Source: Vicugna vicugna
Lineage: Eukaryota
Assembly (NCBI GenBank): GCA_013265495.1
Contig: MU057651.1
Location: 806,001-870,000 of the forward strand
Direction of reading: 5' to 3'
DNA: 64,000 nucleotides
This document shows positions 13,390 through 26,122 of this stretch, piece after piece (the stretch's first letter is position 1; every line of letters starts with the position of its first letter). The notes under the pieces were generated by a model, which saw only the letters and a list, made by a program, of their open reading frames with translations, had not been told where the DNA came from and made no database searches. A program made the position numbers and the translations under genes.

Positions 13390-13555
13390 AGTGTTGCATA
13401 ATGATTAGGGGAACGGGCTTTGGAGCCAGAGAGCAGTTTGAATCTCTGCTTTCTCCTTTGTTAGCTATGATTTTGGATGAGCCACTTAACCTTCCTAAGT
13501 CTAGTTTCCTCACCTGTAAGATGCAGATAATAACAGTCCTCACCTCACAGAATTA
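13390..13555 (+). mobile_element. MIR SINE inside unit A integrase
   Basis: ggctttggagccaga...ccacttaaccttcctaagtctagtttcctcacctgtaagatg. Confidence 0.8.
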
Positions 13556-13654
13556 TGTACAATATGTGTAACACATTCTTATGTGTTTAATTTTTACACA
13601 AATAATACATGAATATATTCTCATTGGAAAAAAAATTAAAATACATAGCAGATG

Positions 13655-14125
13655 TACAAAAATTTGTATGTGCATATTTGTAGTAACTTTATTCATGATA
13701 GCTAAAAAGTGAAAACAACAATACCAACTGATAAATGGATAAATAAAATGTGGTATAGCCACACAATGGAATACTATTCAGCAATAAAAAGAAGTGATAT
13801 ACTAATACATGGATGAACCTTGAAAATATTATGCTATCTTGTATAATCCTATTTTTATGAAATGTTCTGAATAGTCAAAGTCATTGAGACAGAAAGTAAA
13901 TTGGTGGTTGCCTAGGGCTGGGCATGGGAGCAGGGTTGAGTTGGGAAATGGGAAGTGATTGCTAATAGGTAAAGAGTTTCTTTTTGAGGTAATGGTAATG
14001 TTCTAAAATTGACTGTGGTGATGGTTGCACAACTCTGTGGATATACTGAAAACGACTAAATCACACACTTAAATGTGTGAAGTTTATTTTATGTGAACTA
14101 TATCTCCATAAACCTGTTATAAAAA
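13655..14125 (+). mobile_element. L1M 3' end
   Basis: acaatggaatactattcagcaataaaaag...gatggttgcacaactctgtg. Confidence 0.85.
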
Positions 14126-14199
14126 TATGTAGCAGATAAAGACCCCCTTCACAATCATCTGTGTCCTCCTTCCCCTTCTTTTCATAGGAAGTCTGGAAT

Positions 14200-16540
14200 G
14201 TATCACTCTAGATCATTTAAATAAGTGTTCATACCTATGTGTACATATACAAATATATGGTTTTATTTTGTTTTAGTATAACATTGTGCATTTGTTCTGT
14301 AACTTGCTTTCTTCATGTACCAATGGAGTTCAATTCTTTTTGTGTCAGGACACATAGCTCTACCTCATTCATTTTACATGCTATATTCAGTGTAATGTAG
14401 TTGATGGATGAATCATAGTTTATTCACCATTCTTCTATTGCTGGACACTTAGATTGTGTCTAATTTTTTGCTATCATAAACAGCATTTCAGTAACATCTG
14501 TGTACATGCTTATTTGTATACATGAAAAGAAAGTGTCTAGAAAAATATAGTACTTCTAAAGGACATGTTATATTGAAGAATGAAGTACATTTAATTTTTT
14601 TTTATTCTAACAAACTGGCCTCCAAATGGGCTATATCAAACTACATACCAACAAACAGCTTATACATATAAATTTCTCCTCACCCATTGTCTATTTTTTG
14701 AGTTGTTTTGTTTTGTATATTGAGATTTGATAGTTCTTTGTATATTCTGGATGCAAGTCACTTCTCAGATATGTGATTTACAAAGATATTTTTTCTCATT
14801 CTCTTAGGAATGTTTTTTGAAAAGCAGAAGCCTCAACTTTTGTAGAAGATTAATTTTTCAATTTATTCTATTATGGATCATGTCTTTGTTGTTGTATCCA
14901 AAAACTCCTTCCCTAACCCAGGGTCACAAAGATTTTTCTCCTATGTTTTCTTTTATTAACCTTATAGATTTAGATTTTACATTTAGATTTGTTATCCACT
15001 TTTAATTTTTGTATATGGTTTGAAGTTCATGTTTTACATGTGAATATCCAATTATTTCAGCACCATTTGTTGCAAAGACTATCCCTTCCCTATTGCACTG
15101 CCTTTGCACTCTTGTAAAAAAAAATCGGCTATCCATAGTGTATGTGTAGGTCTATATTTGACTCTCCATTCTGTTTATTTCTTCAATTTTCCTTTATGCC
15201 AATACCACACCATTTTTTTTACTGTACCTTAGTAATAAGTCCTATAATCATTTAGGGTTAGCCCTCTAATATTTTTCTTTTTTAAAGTTATTTTGGCTAT
15301 ACCAGGTCCTTTGGATTTCTATATGAATTTTATAATCAGCTTGTCAATTTCTATTTTTAAAAAAGCTTCCTGGAATTTTGATTGGAATTGCCTTTAATAT
15401 ATAAATCAATCTAGGAAAACTTGATATCTCAACAATATTGAGAATTCATCAATGGAGAAGGTATATTTCTCCATTTAATTAAGTCATCTTTAATTTTGCT
15501 CCACAGCTATTTGTAGTTTTAAGTGTACAGTTCTTTCATATCTTCTAGCAGATTTATCTCTTTTTCATATTTTTGTCCTACTATAAATATATCTTCTGAA
15601 TTTACAATTACTGATTGATTTACTTGATTTCTGCCTCTTGATTCTCTGGCAACATTGATAAACTCATTTAGTTCTAATAGCTTTTTTATAGATTTAATCA
15701 AATTTTCTAAATAGATAATCACATCATCTGTAAATAAAGACAGCTTAATTACTCTCACTGTCCAATATGGATACCCTTTATATCTTTTTCTTGCCAAATT
15801 GCACTATCCAGAAGCTCCAGTACATTGTTGAATAGAAGTGGTGAAAGCAGACATCCTTGCCTTGTTTTTGATCTAATGGGAATAACATTCAGTCTTTCAC
15901 CATTATATACGATGTCATATACAAGTATTTCTCAGATGCAGTTATCAGGTTGAGGAATTTCACTTCCATTCCTAGTTTTACTGAGAGTTTTTTTTTTAAT
16001 CAGGATTGGATGTTGGGTTTCATCAAGTGCTTTTTCTTCATCTATTGAGATAATCATGTGGTTTTTCTTCTTTAGTTTGTTAATACAGTGAATTACATTT
16101 AAACCAACCCTGCATTCATGGAATAAGTCTCACTTGGCAATGATGTTTATACTTCTAATATACAGTTGGATTTGATTTGTAAACTTTTTTAAAAGACATT
16201 TTTCCATCTATACTCATGAGGAATAGTGGTTGGTAGTTTTCCTTTTTTGCAGTGTCTTTTTCTGGTTTTGGTATCAGGGTAATTCTGGCCTCATAGAATA
16301 AGTTGGGAAATAACCCTTCCTCTTCAATTTTCTTGAAGAAAATTTGTAGTTGATTTAGTATTGTTTCTTCTTGAAATATTTGGTAGAAGTGAAGTCATCT
16401 GGGCCTGGAGATATATTTATGGGGCTGATTTTAACTACAATTCAATTTCTTTAATAGATCTATGGCTATTCAGGTTATTTCTTTTTCTCTCAAAGCTCTG
16501 TCAGCTTTGATAGTTTGTGTCTTTCAAGAAGTTTATTCAG
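14200..16540 (-). mobile_element. Degenerate L1 (3' region and ORF2)
   Basis: Minus ORF 15519-15797 (IKLSLFTDDVIIYLEN..KKLLELNEF) is L1 RT; T-rich. Confidence 0.88.
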
Positions 16541-16590
16541 GAGGAGGGTATAGTGAGGAGTTTCAGTGGTAGAGTGTATGCTTAGCAGCC
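16540..16590 (+). mobile_element. Truncated camelid tRNA-derived SINE
   Basis: ggaggagggtatag...tcagtggtagagtgtatgcttagc matches the head of the 47052 copy. Confidence 0.6.
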
Positions 16591-17091
16591 AGGGTTCTCT
16601 TAAGTTAGACAGGCATCGATTTTTGGTTTTTATGATATTGGTTTGGATGGTGTAGGGCTATCTATGCCTAGGAGGCCAGAGATGAAAAGTGGCTCCAGCT
16701 GCTAGAAAACTAGGACCATAATGAGAACCAGGTAAACCCTTTTCTCTCTTGCAAAGGTTAATCTGAAAGTCAGTGAGTGTGGTAAAATGGGGTGGAAGAC
16801 AGCAATGATATTCTACAAACTTCAGATATCAATAGACCACTTTGATTGACCTGGGAGTCCCAATCTGGCATGACTGGCACTTTGTCAGGCACTATGTAGA
16901 CAACTTGGGTGGCCAATCCTTTGCTCAAAAAAGCTATTTTTGAGCTTTTCAAGGTCTTCCCAGAGATGGGGCTACTTCAGATGGCTCAGAACTGCCCTGA
17001 CTTGGGGTTCTTTCAAGGTCAGCTCACGGGGGTACATTAGGATATCCTCCAGGTAGGTAAAAAACCCTCTGTCAATGAGGGTGTATAATAT

Positions 17092-17470
17092 CCAGGGTCA
17101 GCCAACTATAGCTCATGGGCCAAAATCAAGCCACTCTTTGTTTTCATTTGGCCCACAAGCTAAGAATCGTTTCTACAGATAAATATTTGCAATTGATTTA
17201 ATGGTAGGTAATGGTAACTCTAAAACCCAATTAAGTGAAATGTTACTTCAAAAAAAAAGATAACCATTTTTCTCATTAGTAGGTTTATATTATCAAAATG
17301 TATATCCAATCATTATTGCATTTGGAATTTTTTCCAGTAAAAATTTGTGGAAATTCTTTTACTTTCTTATGATATAAACACCTACATATTATCCTTGAAT
17401 TTGCTCTTGGCCTCCAAAGCCTGAAGTATTTACTGTCCGGCCTTTGCAGAAGAAATTTTGCTGACTCTTG
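17092..17470. mobile_element. hAT/Charlie non-autonomous DNA transposon (MER58-like)
   Basis: Ends cagggtcagccaactatagctcatgggccaaa ... ctgtccggcctttgcagaagaaattttgctgactcttg. Confidence 0.7.
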
Positions 17471-17499
17471 TGTAAGATAATAAAGGTAACAATAACTAA

Positions 17500-17750
17500 T
17501 GCTAGCTAATATTTAGTGGGTGCTTATTATGTACTCAGGCATCATTCTAAGAAGTTTTCCTGGGTTATTACCTTTATTCCTCACAGTCTTTCTATTTGCT
17601 ATTATTTTGATTGTGTTCATTTTACAGTTGTTAAGATGGAAACACAGAATAGTTACATAACCTTCCCAAGGCTGCAAAACTAGAAAGTGGCGGAGCCAGG
17701 ATTTGAATTCACAGTCTACCTCTGGAACCCAAGCTGCCAACCGCTGATCT
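17500..17750 (-). mobile_element. MIR SINE
   Basis: Reverse MIR: cattttacag...gcggagccaggatttgaattca. Confidence 0.75.
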
Positions 17751-18989
17751 ATAGACACAACGTGTCAGGCCTTACACGGGCCCAGAAGCTGAACAGAACA
17801 TTCAGACTGGTCAAGGTTCCTGGAGAAAGTCGGCCTCTACTCCTTGCTCTGTCTGTTCAAGTTGTAGACCTCTCCAAGGTCAGCCCAGTGCTCTGAGAGG
17901 TCGGCGATCAGAGGAGTAAGTGTACTACAGCTGCCGGAATCATGGCAGAGAGGCAGCATCCTGTTGTTCTTTTCCACAAGGAGCGGCAGAGATTTTGTGG
18001 GGGTTGAGAAGCTTGGGGAACCCCTCCCGCAGACTGGCTGCTGCAGACATTCAGAAGACCCAGGTGTTGGATTCTAAGGGGACGTGTTGGGCAGACAAAT
18101 GAGCCCTGAGTACCAGGATGATCTCCGATCACATTCACGAGAAGGCCATGGTTAATCTTCCTCTGTGTTCTCAAACACCCCTGGGCCCAGGTGTTCAGGT
18201 GACAGATGGGTTAGGCCCCAGAGTATACAAATAACCCTGGAAGCAGGATACAGAGGTAAAGTGAAGACTATGAATTTTCAGAGTGAAAGGGCATGAAATA
18301 TGGTTTTTCCAGCCAGCAGAAGCCAAGGACCAAAGGTAGTTCTTTCTGAGAAGCTGAATTAGCAGAGTCGAAACCTCTGACTTAAGAAATTTGAGGCTCT
18401 CTAGGCCCACTCTAGTTATTGGGGATAACCTGGTATAGCCAAGTCCAGAGCTTTAAGGAATGGCCCTGGTGCTCTTAGGGTGAAAAAAAGACTTTGGGTT
18501 TTCATGAGTTTAAAGGATTTAAATATTGCTGAGTCAGAGAGACACAACTTCAGGCCCCAAAGGCTACACCAGCAGATCTCAGGAGCTCATTCAATGCCCC
18601 AAACACAACCTGCATGGCCTTTTTCTGTCCTCACCTCCAAACCAGCAGTCTTCAGTATGCCTTGTAGCAACAGTCATGCTCCCTCCAATAGGAAGAGCTC
18701 TGTATGCCCGGTGTCACTATTACCACGGACTTGAACTCTGACCTACTTTCCTCTTAGGATCCCAACACAACAATAATAATAAACAACACAAATACTTGAT
18801 AAAGCACTTAATATGTCCCATGCACGGTTTTAAGCAATATGTGTGTATGTGTGTGTGTGTGTGTGTCTTCCAACATCATCTCACAAAACTGGGTCATTGC
18901 TTCTCTGTCTCAAGGGCCTACCTGGATCAGGCACCAGTACTCCTCATCCTGGGATCTTCTGTCTTCACAGGCTACCTTGAGGACAGGAA

Positions 18990-19195
18990 CCAGGCACACT
19001 TATATTTGAGTCCAGGCCTTGCTAGTTCAGGAGCTGTGTGCCTCCAGGCAAATTACTTAAGCTACCTGAGCCTCAGTTTCCTCATCTGTAGAACAGGGAT
19101 AACAATAGTTCCTACTTGTAAAGGTTGTTGTAAAGACTGGATTAAAGAAGTTAGTTTATCTAAAGCACTCAGAACAGTACCTCGTAACACACATT
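18990..19195 (+). mobile_element. MIR SINE
   Basis: ggcaaattacttaagctacctgagcctcagtttcctcatctgtagaac. Confidence 0.85.
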
Positions 19196-19539
19196 AGCTC
19201 TTGTTGTTACAGTGCATAAGATACTGTGTGAGATATAGGGACTGCATATCTACTTGGATGTATTTCCCACTAGACTATAAGCATGGTGTGATGATAGATG
19301 CTTAACAATACACTCCCTTGGGAAAGAAAAAAACCCCTGAATTTGTAAAGCTTAGTGATTTACATGGAATAAATACTCTGACAGTGGCCGATTTTAGATT
19401 TATCAACCTGATGTCACTTGAACAGAGCTGGAAAGGAGTGTTACTGTAAGTGACTTGAAGGCAAGGCCCTGTTTTCAGCACTGAAAGTTTTAGCTCTCAA
19501 CACCCCATATCTTGAGGAAATTGGGGTGGTTGATCACCC

Positions 19540-22500
19540 TAGGCTGACTTGAATTATTCAAGTAGTAGACTCAGCTGTTCAAGAAACATGGACTTGAATG
19601 ATTGCTAGGCATTTTGTGGGATATAGCAAAGCAGGTACTCCCAGCTTTGGCGCATGTCTGGTGGCCCAGTGTATGGATTTGGGCTTCAGACACTGGCTCT
19701 GCTACCTAATAGCTGCTCTGAGCTTCAGTTTCCCCATCTGTATAATCAGGATAAAAGTACTCACCTCCTAGGGGTGCTGGGAGGGTTAAATACAGCGAGG
19801 AGTAAGAAAGTGCTATGGGCATTTCCTGATTCACGGCATTCAAACAGTTTCCACTGTGCCTTTCTCTTTTTTCCCCTCAGGCCATACCATTGAGGATTTA
19901 TTTTATTCTTCTGGTTTCATTGACTCACTGCATTTGGATTAAAAGAGAAAAAAAATGAGATGAAGCCAGGAACTGGAGACAGATAGCAAGCTGGAGGAAC
20001 CAGAATGGGACTTGCTTTGGGAGCCCAAACTTCACATGGTTTGGCAGAGTGGACATCACCCAAGATAATCTGAGGGGCCTCCCTGACCCAGGGGCCCCCA
20101 TGGGCACACACAATTCCTGTCACAGGTTTCTCCCAAGAGGGGCCAAGCTATATGGGAAAACAGGTCTTAAAGGGACCACATCTTAAAATGCATAAACCTG
20201 CATCTCAGGTTAAAAAAAAAACATAAACAAAGATTCAGGACTTACGGGAATAAACCATGGGATCCTGGAGTGCGGGAGAGGGGAGAGAAATGGAAAGGGA
20301 AAATGAAAACAGCCAAAGACACATTTCTCAACTAACTCAGTTTTGCTGAAAGCTGTCCCTGATGACACAAATACAGAGCTTTCGCCTTTTATTTTGTTTT
20401 GTTTTTAGCAAGATATGCTTTTCTGAAGAGCAAAAGGAAAAAAAAATCCCAATTCTCCAGAGTTAGCCAACCGTGCTGCCGAAATAAGAACTGACATGTG
20501 ACCCATACCCAACCTAGGGGAACGTCTGGAAATCAGCATGCCACCGTTTTTTTGCTGGAGTAAATACCTACCAAGTGAGGAGACCTCAGCTTGAAAGGAG
20601 AAGACTGACACTTCTGCCATGCCAGGTGACAATTGCATCTCTCCTAGTGCTGGGGAAAGAAGGCTGCAATCAAATCTTTCTCACCCCACCACCTGCCATA
20701 TGGTGTGTGCTAACTGGAGTGAGAGAAAGTCCCATTTGAGAATGTGACACAGAGAGCTTTCCTAGCCTCTGCCTGTCAGTTCCTGGGTTCCCCTGGGATA
20801 AAAATATATACCATTCATTGTAAAAGTGGCAGTGCCTTACTGTGTAATTGTGGAAGAAATTGCAGGGAAATAACAATAGGTAACATTTATCAAGTGCTTA
20901 CTACCTGCTGGGCACTTTATATTTGTCTTATTTAATCCTCATAACAACCATGGGAGATATTACACCCATTTTACAGAAGAGAAAAATGAGGCTCAGTGGA
21001 GGAAGGGCAGTAAAGCTGCCTGAGATTGTACAGCTAGCAAGCGGTGGCTGTGGGATTTGAACACCGGCCAGCCTTGCCCTAGAGTTTAGCCCATTACTAT
21101 TATGTTGACCTTCACCACCATGTAAACCCAGGGAGCCCTTTTCTCTACGCCTTCCAAGAGCCCAGTCATACCCTTCATATCTGGTGCTAATGATGTACTG
21201 CCCTGGGCAGAGAAGAAAGAATTGACATTCCTCAGCTTCTTTCTGGGTTGTCTTAAATGGCTAAAAATAAGGTGGGGAAAGTCTCAGCGTCCACACTTGG
21301 CTACAGGCTAGCCAGGGCCACCACAAATAGATGCGCATTTCTTGCATTCCACAAATGCACCCAGCCAAGCTGGAACAGGGGGCAAACTGAAACAGAAACA
21401 AAGCCCTTGCCCCACTTGTCAGGCTAGTGGGAGGGGGCTTTTCTGTAATTTGTCCACTGGGTGGGGGGTAGTCTTTTTGTCATTGGTGCAAAGTGGTGCT
21501 ATGGGCTAGCTTGAAAACAAAACAACCTGTTGACACGCTGATATTCACTATGTCAAAATGAAGTCCTGGTGGTGTAAGGGCTGCCTTTGTAAATCTGTAA
21601 GTCTGCACTCCAACCCTCCTCCAGAAAGCAGCTTCCTGATCTTCCCAGCTCTGTCCCTCCACTTTTCTGCCCTGAGCAATGTCATTAGTGATCTCCAAGC
21701 TAGGGTGCCCACCAGCACAGATGGCGTCACTGGATGAATTACAAAAAGGCAGCCCTGCTAGGAGGTCAAACTAGGGGAAAGATGCCCCTTTCTCAGGGCT
21801 GATGCAGACCCAAGCCAGAGCACAGAGCTTGGGAAATGGGGGTGCAGAGTGAATTTCAGCTCCCACTCACCTCCCCTCCAGCCAAGTGCCCTTGTGGAGG
21901 AGACACTGACTTAATCTGTTACAGTGGCCCTGCTCCAGGCCCATCACTGCCAACCCACAAGGGTCTCTTCAGCTTTTGATGTCCAAGAACAGTCCATATA
22001 TTTGAGATTTAGAAAATGAATTACTTTGAAATCATCTCTGGATTACTCCCCAGCTAGATCATAAGGCTATTGAGAGCAAGACTGATCAGGTGTCTATTTC
22101 TATACTCCTCACAGCACCAGCCCTGGTCTGGGTGTCCAGGAACCCGTTAATAAATATGGAAAGAAACAGAACTGTGGTCTGGCGGGGTGGGGGACACACA
22201 AAAACGGGAATTGTTTGTGCCCAGAAATGATGCTGCAGATACATTCAGAAGCATCTGCCTATACCTGGTCCACCCCACCCTACCCTGCCATCATCTAACA
22301 TGCTGCTGCCCATGTCCAGCCTTCTTATATAACCTAAGTCTCCCCACTTCATATTGAGCTAAAAAAAAAAACTTAATTAAAGGCAAGTTCTCCCTGGGAA
22401 CCACAGAGGCTGTGACTGGCCCAACTCTTATACAGCAGATTCAAGTGTCTTTTGTTGTTCTCTTTGGAGACCAGGGATGAGTGATTGGCATTTTGCTAAT

Positions 22501-22790
22501 ATCCAAAGGAGCCTCCATCTGCCAGGGCCCGTGTAACTCAACCACTTCTGCATGTGCTCACTGTAGCAGGAAACACAGACTACTGTCTATAAAACAGGAG
22601 AATACCTCCGGGAAATGAATACTCCTGAGAATGGCAAGGTTCATATCTTGAAACTACATTTGCAGGCACTGAGGAAATCTCTACTAATCAGCTGAAATGG
22701 AAGTCCATTTTATTTCAGAGTTCGACTGTAGTCAATATCTGAAAAGGTTTTCAAACAATGAATCCTATTAAGCACTGAATTAGGTACCCA
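19540..22790 (+). mobile_element. Fossil Ty3/Gypsy unit B (gag, RT and RNase H remnants)
   Basis: gag EEP.. and knuckle-like NFTWFG(Q)SGHHPR (~19990-20070); RT KNK.G.SL.RPH.GYR, LVRLVGG, STDGV(S)LD (~21260-21750); QLLMSKNSPYI*DLE (~21970); RNase H ACAHCSRK, QLKW..FISEFD..ALN (~22545-22790). More decayed than A or D. Confidence 0.55.
20870..21100 (-). mobile_element. MIR SINE
   Basis: tttaatcctcataacaacc...cccattttacagaagagaaaaatgaggctcag. Confidence 0.85.
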
Positions 22791-22934
22791 AGTGCTAGAT
22801 GATGGTGGGGTATATAGCCCTGTGGGGTGAGAAAGGACATAGTGTGTTCCTAGGTGTTTAAAGAACTATTGGGGAAAAGAGAAGAAAGCCCTAAATACTT
22901 CCACTCCTACTCTACGTTGAAATTCTTTCTTTCT

Positions 22935-23190
22935 TGGGATTTTTGTAAATTGTGGTAAAATACACACAACCCAAAATATACCATCTGAACCATTTTAAGT
23001 GTACCATTCAGTAGTGTTAAGTAATTCCCCTTATTGTACAACCAGTCGCCAGAAATCTTTTCATCTTACAGAACTGAAACTCTGGACCCTCATTCCCCCC
23101 TCCCTTCAGCCCCTGGCAATCACCATTCAACTTTCTGTCTCTATAAATTTGACTACTCTAGGCATCTCATAAAAGTGGAATCACATACTT
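22935..23190 (-). mobile_element. L1M 3' end fragment
   Basis: ttgtggtaaaatacaca...cccctggcaatcaccattc. Confidence 0.8.
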
Positions 23191-23339
23191 CCTTGGGATT
23201 TTTATACAGACAGTAGAGATCATTTCTTACAAACATTTCTGGCGATAATGCCTGAATTTGAGTCTTAATAAGCCTCCCTTTGGCAAAGCCTTTAAAGCCT
23301 AACAGATTCTGTCTGTAAGAAGTCTTCCTTTTCTGCCTC

Positions 23340-24390
23340 TAAAATGTTAGTGATTATTGAGCCTGTATCTTTGGTCCTCTGTTCTTAATCTACAGGTCTT
23401 TCTGAGCAATTTTATCCACCTCCCCGCACCCAAGGTATCCATATACTTTTTGGCTTTAGCCTCCTAAATTCATACTCTCCATCCTAGGTCTCCCTCCTGT
23501 GCTCTACATCAGTATGTTCAACTGCCTACTTGACATCTACACTTGGGTGGCTCTTAGGTTCCTCAGACTCAACATGTCCAAAGCTGAACACATCACCCAC
23601 CCCACTGCAATTTGCTCTTCGAGATGTGTTCCTTAGGTCAGTGAACAATTCTATCCACTTGCCTATCCAAGCAAGAAAATTAGGACCATCCTTTTTTCCT
23701 ACCTCTCTACAACCTCTAGTATCTACTCAATCATCAAGGCCTATAGATCCTACCTTCTCAATCTCTTGCTTATCGGTAACATCTAAGAATAATGACATAT
23801 ATGGTATTTGTTTTTCTCTGTCTGACTCACTTCACTTAGTATGATAATCTTCAGGTCACCCATGTTGCTGCAAATGGCATTATTTCATTCTTTTCTATGG
23901 CTGAATAGTATTCCATTGCATATAGATATATATATATATATACACACACACACATATACCATATGTTCTATTTCAATTTTTTTAAAAAAAAGGATGATGA
24001 CACAAGGAAGAGCATAATTCACTCCACATGGAAAGTAGGCAGAGAGGGCCTCACAGAGCAGATGCTTCAGCCAAGTACTGAAGAATGAGTTGTAATACAC
24101 TAGGCAAACAGGTGGCTGGATCATTCCAGGCAGACATAGGAACCCCTGTAAAGGTACATAGGGAAGAAACAGCATTTGCAGAGAACATCAAATAGTTCAG
24201 TGTCACTGGAGCAGAGAGTGAATGTTGGGACACGTGAAGGGAAATGTTATCATGCATGGTTCCTGGAGGGCTTTGCACACGGTGTGTTGGAGTCACATTT
24301 TTGCAATGGAGAAACAGTGAAAACTTTTACAGAGTCATAAGATTATGATTCCAGATTTCTAGTGGTAGCCCGGGGTGTGAGTTGGAAGGG
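23340..24390. mobile_element. L2 fragments with a nested short L1 piece (~23790-23985)
   Basis: L2 motif actgcctacttgacatctacacttggg...ctcagactcaacatgtccaaagctgaac; L1 piece catgttgctgcaaatggcattatttc. Confidence 0.7.
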
Positions 24391-24574
24391 AACACCGTGA
24401 TGCTAACACTCAACAAATAAGGACATCTTACATCACTTACTTTTTCATGCCCCACATCCTGAAGGATTTCTCTATGTCCTGTTGTACGCTTCACTTTTGA
24501 AATTGTACCTCATTTCCTTTGACTCCTACCTCCTTGCCTTATCTCCTATTTAGAGCCTTCCTCTCTATCTTTAA

Positions 24575-26089
24575 ACTTGATGCTTGATATTATCCCTCAG
24601 GCACTGGACTTGATGGCACTAGTTGGACTAGCATTCCTACTTATTGAACTCAACCCCTGCCCCAACACATATTCAAACACAGAGGAGTCTGTGGGTCGTC
24701 TGCTGGGATATCCACCAAGTGTTTGGCAAATAGAAAGACCAAGTCCGAAGGCTCAGAGTTAGGACTGGAGGGGGTATACAAAGCAAGGGTTTCAAAATGA
24801 GGCTGAGATGAGATCAAAGCAAGAGGAAACTAAAGCAGGGTTGGGCTAAGGTGGGGGAACTGTGCTGAGTAATTGCTGCAAACAGTTTTTTGGTGTCTGA
24901 ACCTTGATCTTATAATCTGGCTAGTGATGGAAATGTCAGTGTGTTGGGTTAATTTGAAAAACAGAAAGCAGGGTAAACTCTTCCAACCCTTGGCCACAAA
25001 CCCCATTGCCAATATGGGCTTGAGCTTCCTTGGGTCTATCTGGTGGAGGAAAGGGACCTACAATAGCTCTTCTGGGCCTGCTTTGTCTCATGTCTTTCCT
25101 CTCCACAGCCCTTTAAGCTGAACTAACCCATCTATGCACTGCTTCTCCACAGGTCTGTAAAGGCAAGCCACAAACCCCTACTATATAGAAATCAGTCTCT
25201 GATCCTGATTACTCATTTCAAACCTTGTTCTTATTCTAATTTTATGTCCGTCCAGTACTAAACTTTTCTTGGAACCACTGTCTTGATTTCTGCTAAGCAT
25301 TGGGCCTGGTCTGCTAAGCATTGGGCCTCGGTGGCATTAAACCTTCAACTCTGCAGAGTGAATTGTGGCTTAACTGCCCCTCTAGTTCTTGGGACCCTTG
25401 GCTATGAAAGGAAGACTCCATTTATACTTTGGCCCTGCAGAATCCAACCCAATTTGGACCATAGAAATGACTAGTATATTAACTAGCCTGGGAATGTATT
25501 ATCTCTCCATTGAATCCCCCCGAAAGGAGGATGTGGATAAAAACCCTTCCATGTGTACCTAGTTTTAAAGTTCATGGAGTCAACAAGAGCCTACCATTTT
25601 GGGATGTCCAGACTAGCTGGGAGGATATGTGGGGGTGGGTGGGAGGCTGGGCAAAGGCACAGTGGTAAAGAGTGGGAGGAGAGAAATCTTGACAGGAGAG
25701 GAATACAAGAAAAAAGTGGAAGATTTGGTAAATGTACACAAACTGTGATAAAGACCAAATAGCCCAGTGTTGAATAACTTAATGATATTGAAAAGCCCAG
25801 GAAAAGAAATTAGGTATTAGATTAGTTGTACAGCTATAGCTGAAGAAGGGGCCAACAGTGTCTTAAGCTTGAGTCTATGGCTAGGTGCCCAAGATGGCTT
25901 ATGTTTTGTACTATTCCTTGGAATCTTAGAAACTGTCCTGTGGTTCTGCCCAGGTTCAGAGACAGAAGGTAGTAGAAGTAGAAACCATGGTTGATGTAGA
26001 ATAGTTTGTTCTTTTATAAAAGTCAACTTTATTGAGGTATAATATGTATATAATAAATACAAAAATAGAATATATATTACAAATGTGAC

Positions 26090-26122
<33 letters not shown>

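Larger units (their letters stand above)
5411..18555 (+). mobile_element. Fossil Ty3/Gypsy chromovirus unit A, split by L1/MIR/hAT insertions
   Basis: gag AEKL..PFQSLC / PAFPNQDKVT*FSHL (~5905-6050); PR FLLPL..GLCDS (~6555-6656); RT LNSIIGK..RLDDLF..STKL..*KA..MLF (~9370-9720); RNase H LQKMALVAINYLV*EEEMLAIRAAFEAW (12170-12253; consensus [28 protein letters not shown]); IN LPTLKHILDTIAVGLI..HDHNTILVVV(V)DIFTK (~13235-13375); IN C-part ~16640-17030; chromodomain-like ~18045-18190 and ~18270-18555. Confidence 0.8.

Noticed and set aside
16870..17040. gag remnant (LSGTM*TTWVANPLL)
   Set aside because: Colinearity after the integrase core and similarity to NNVWVASS in unit D favour the GPY/F region.
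17760..18200. Processed pseudogene or host exon
   Set aside because: No host protein recognised, no poly-A/TSD; partly explained as a chromodomain remnant.
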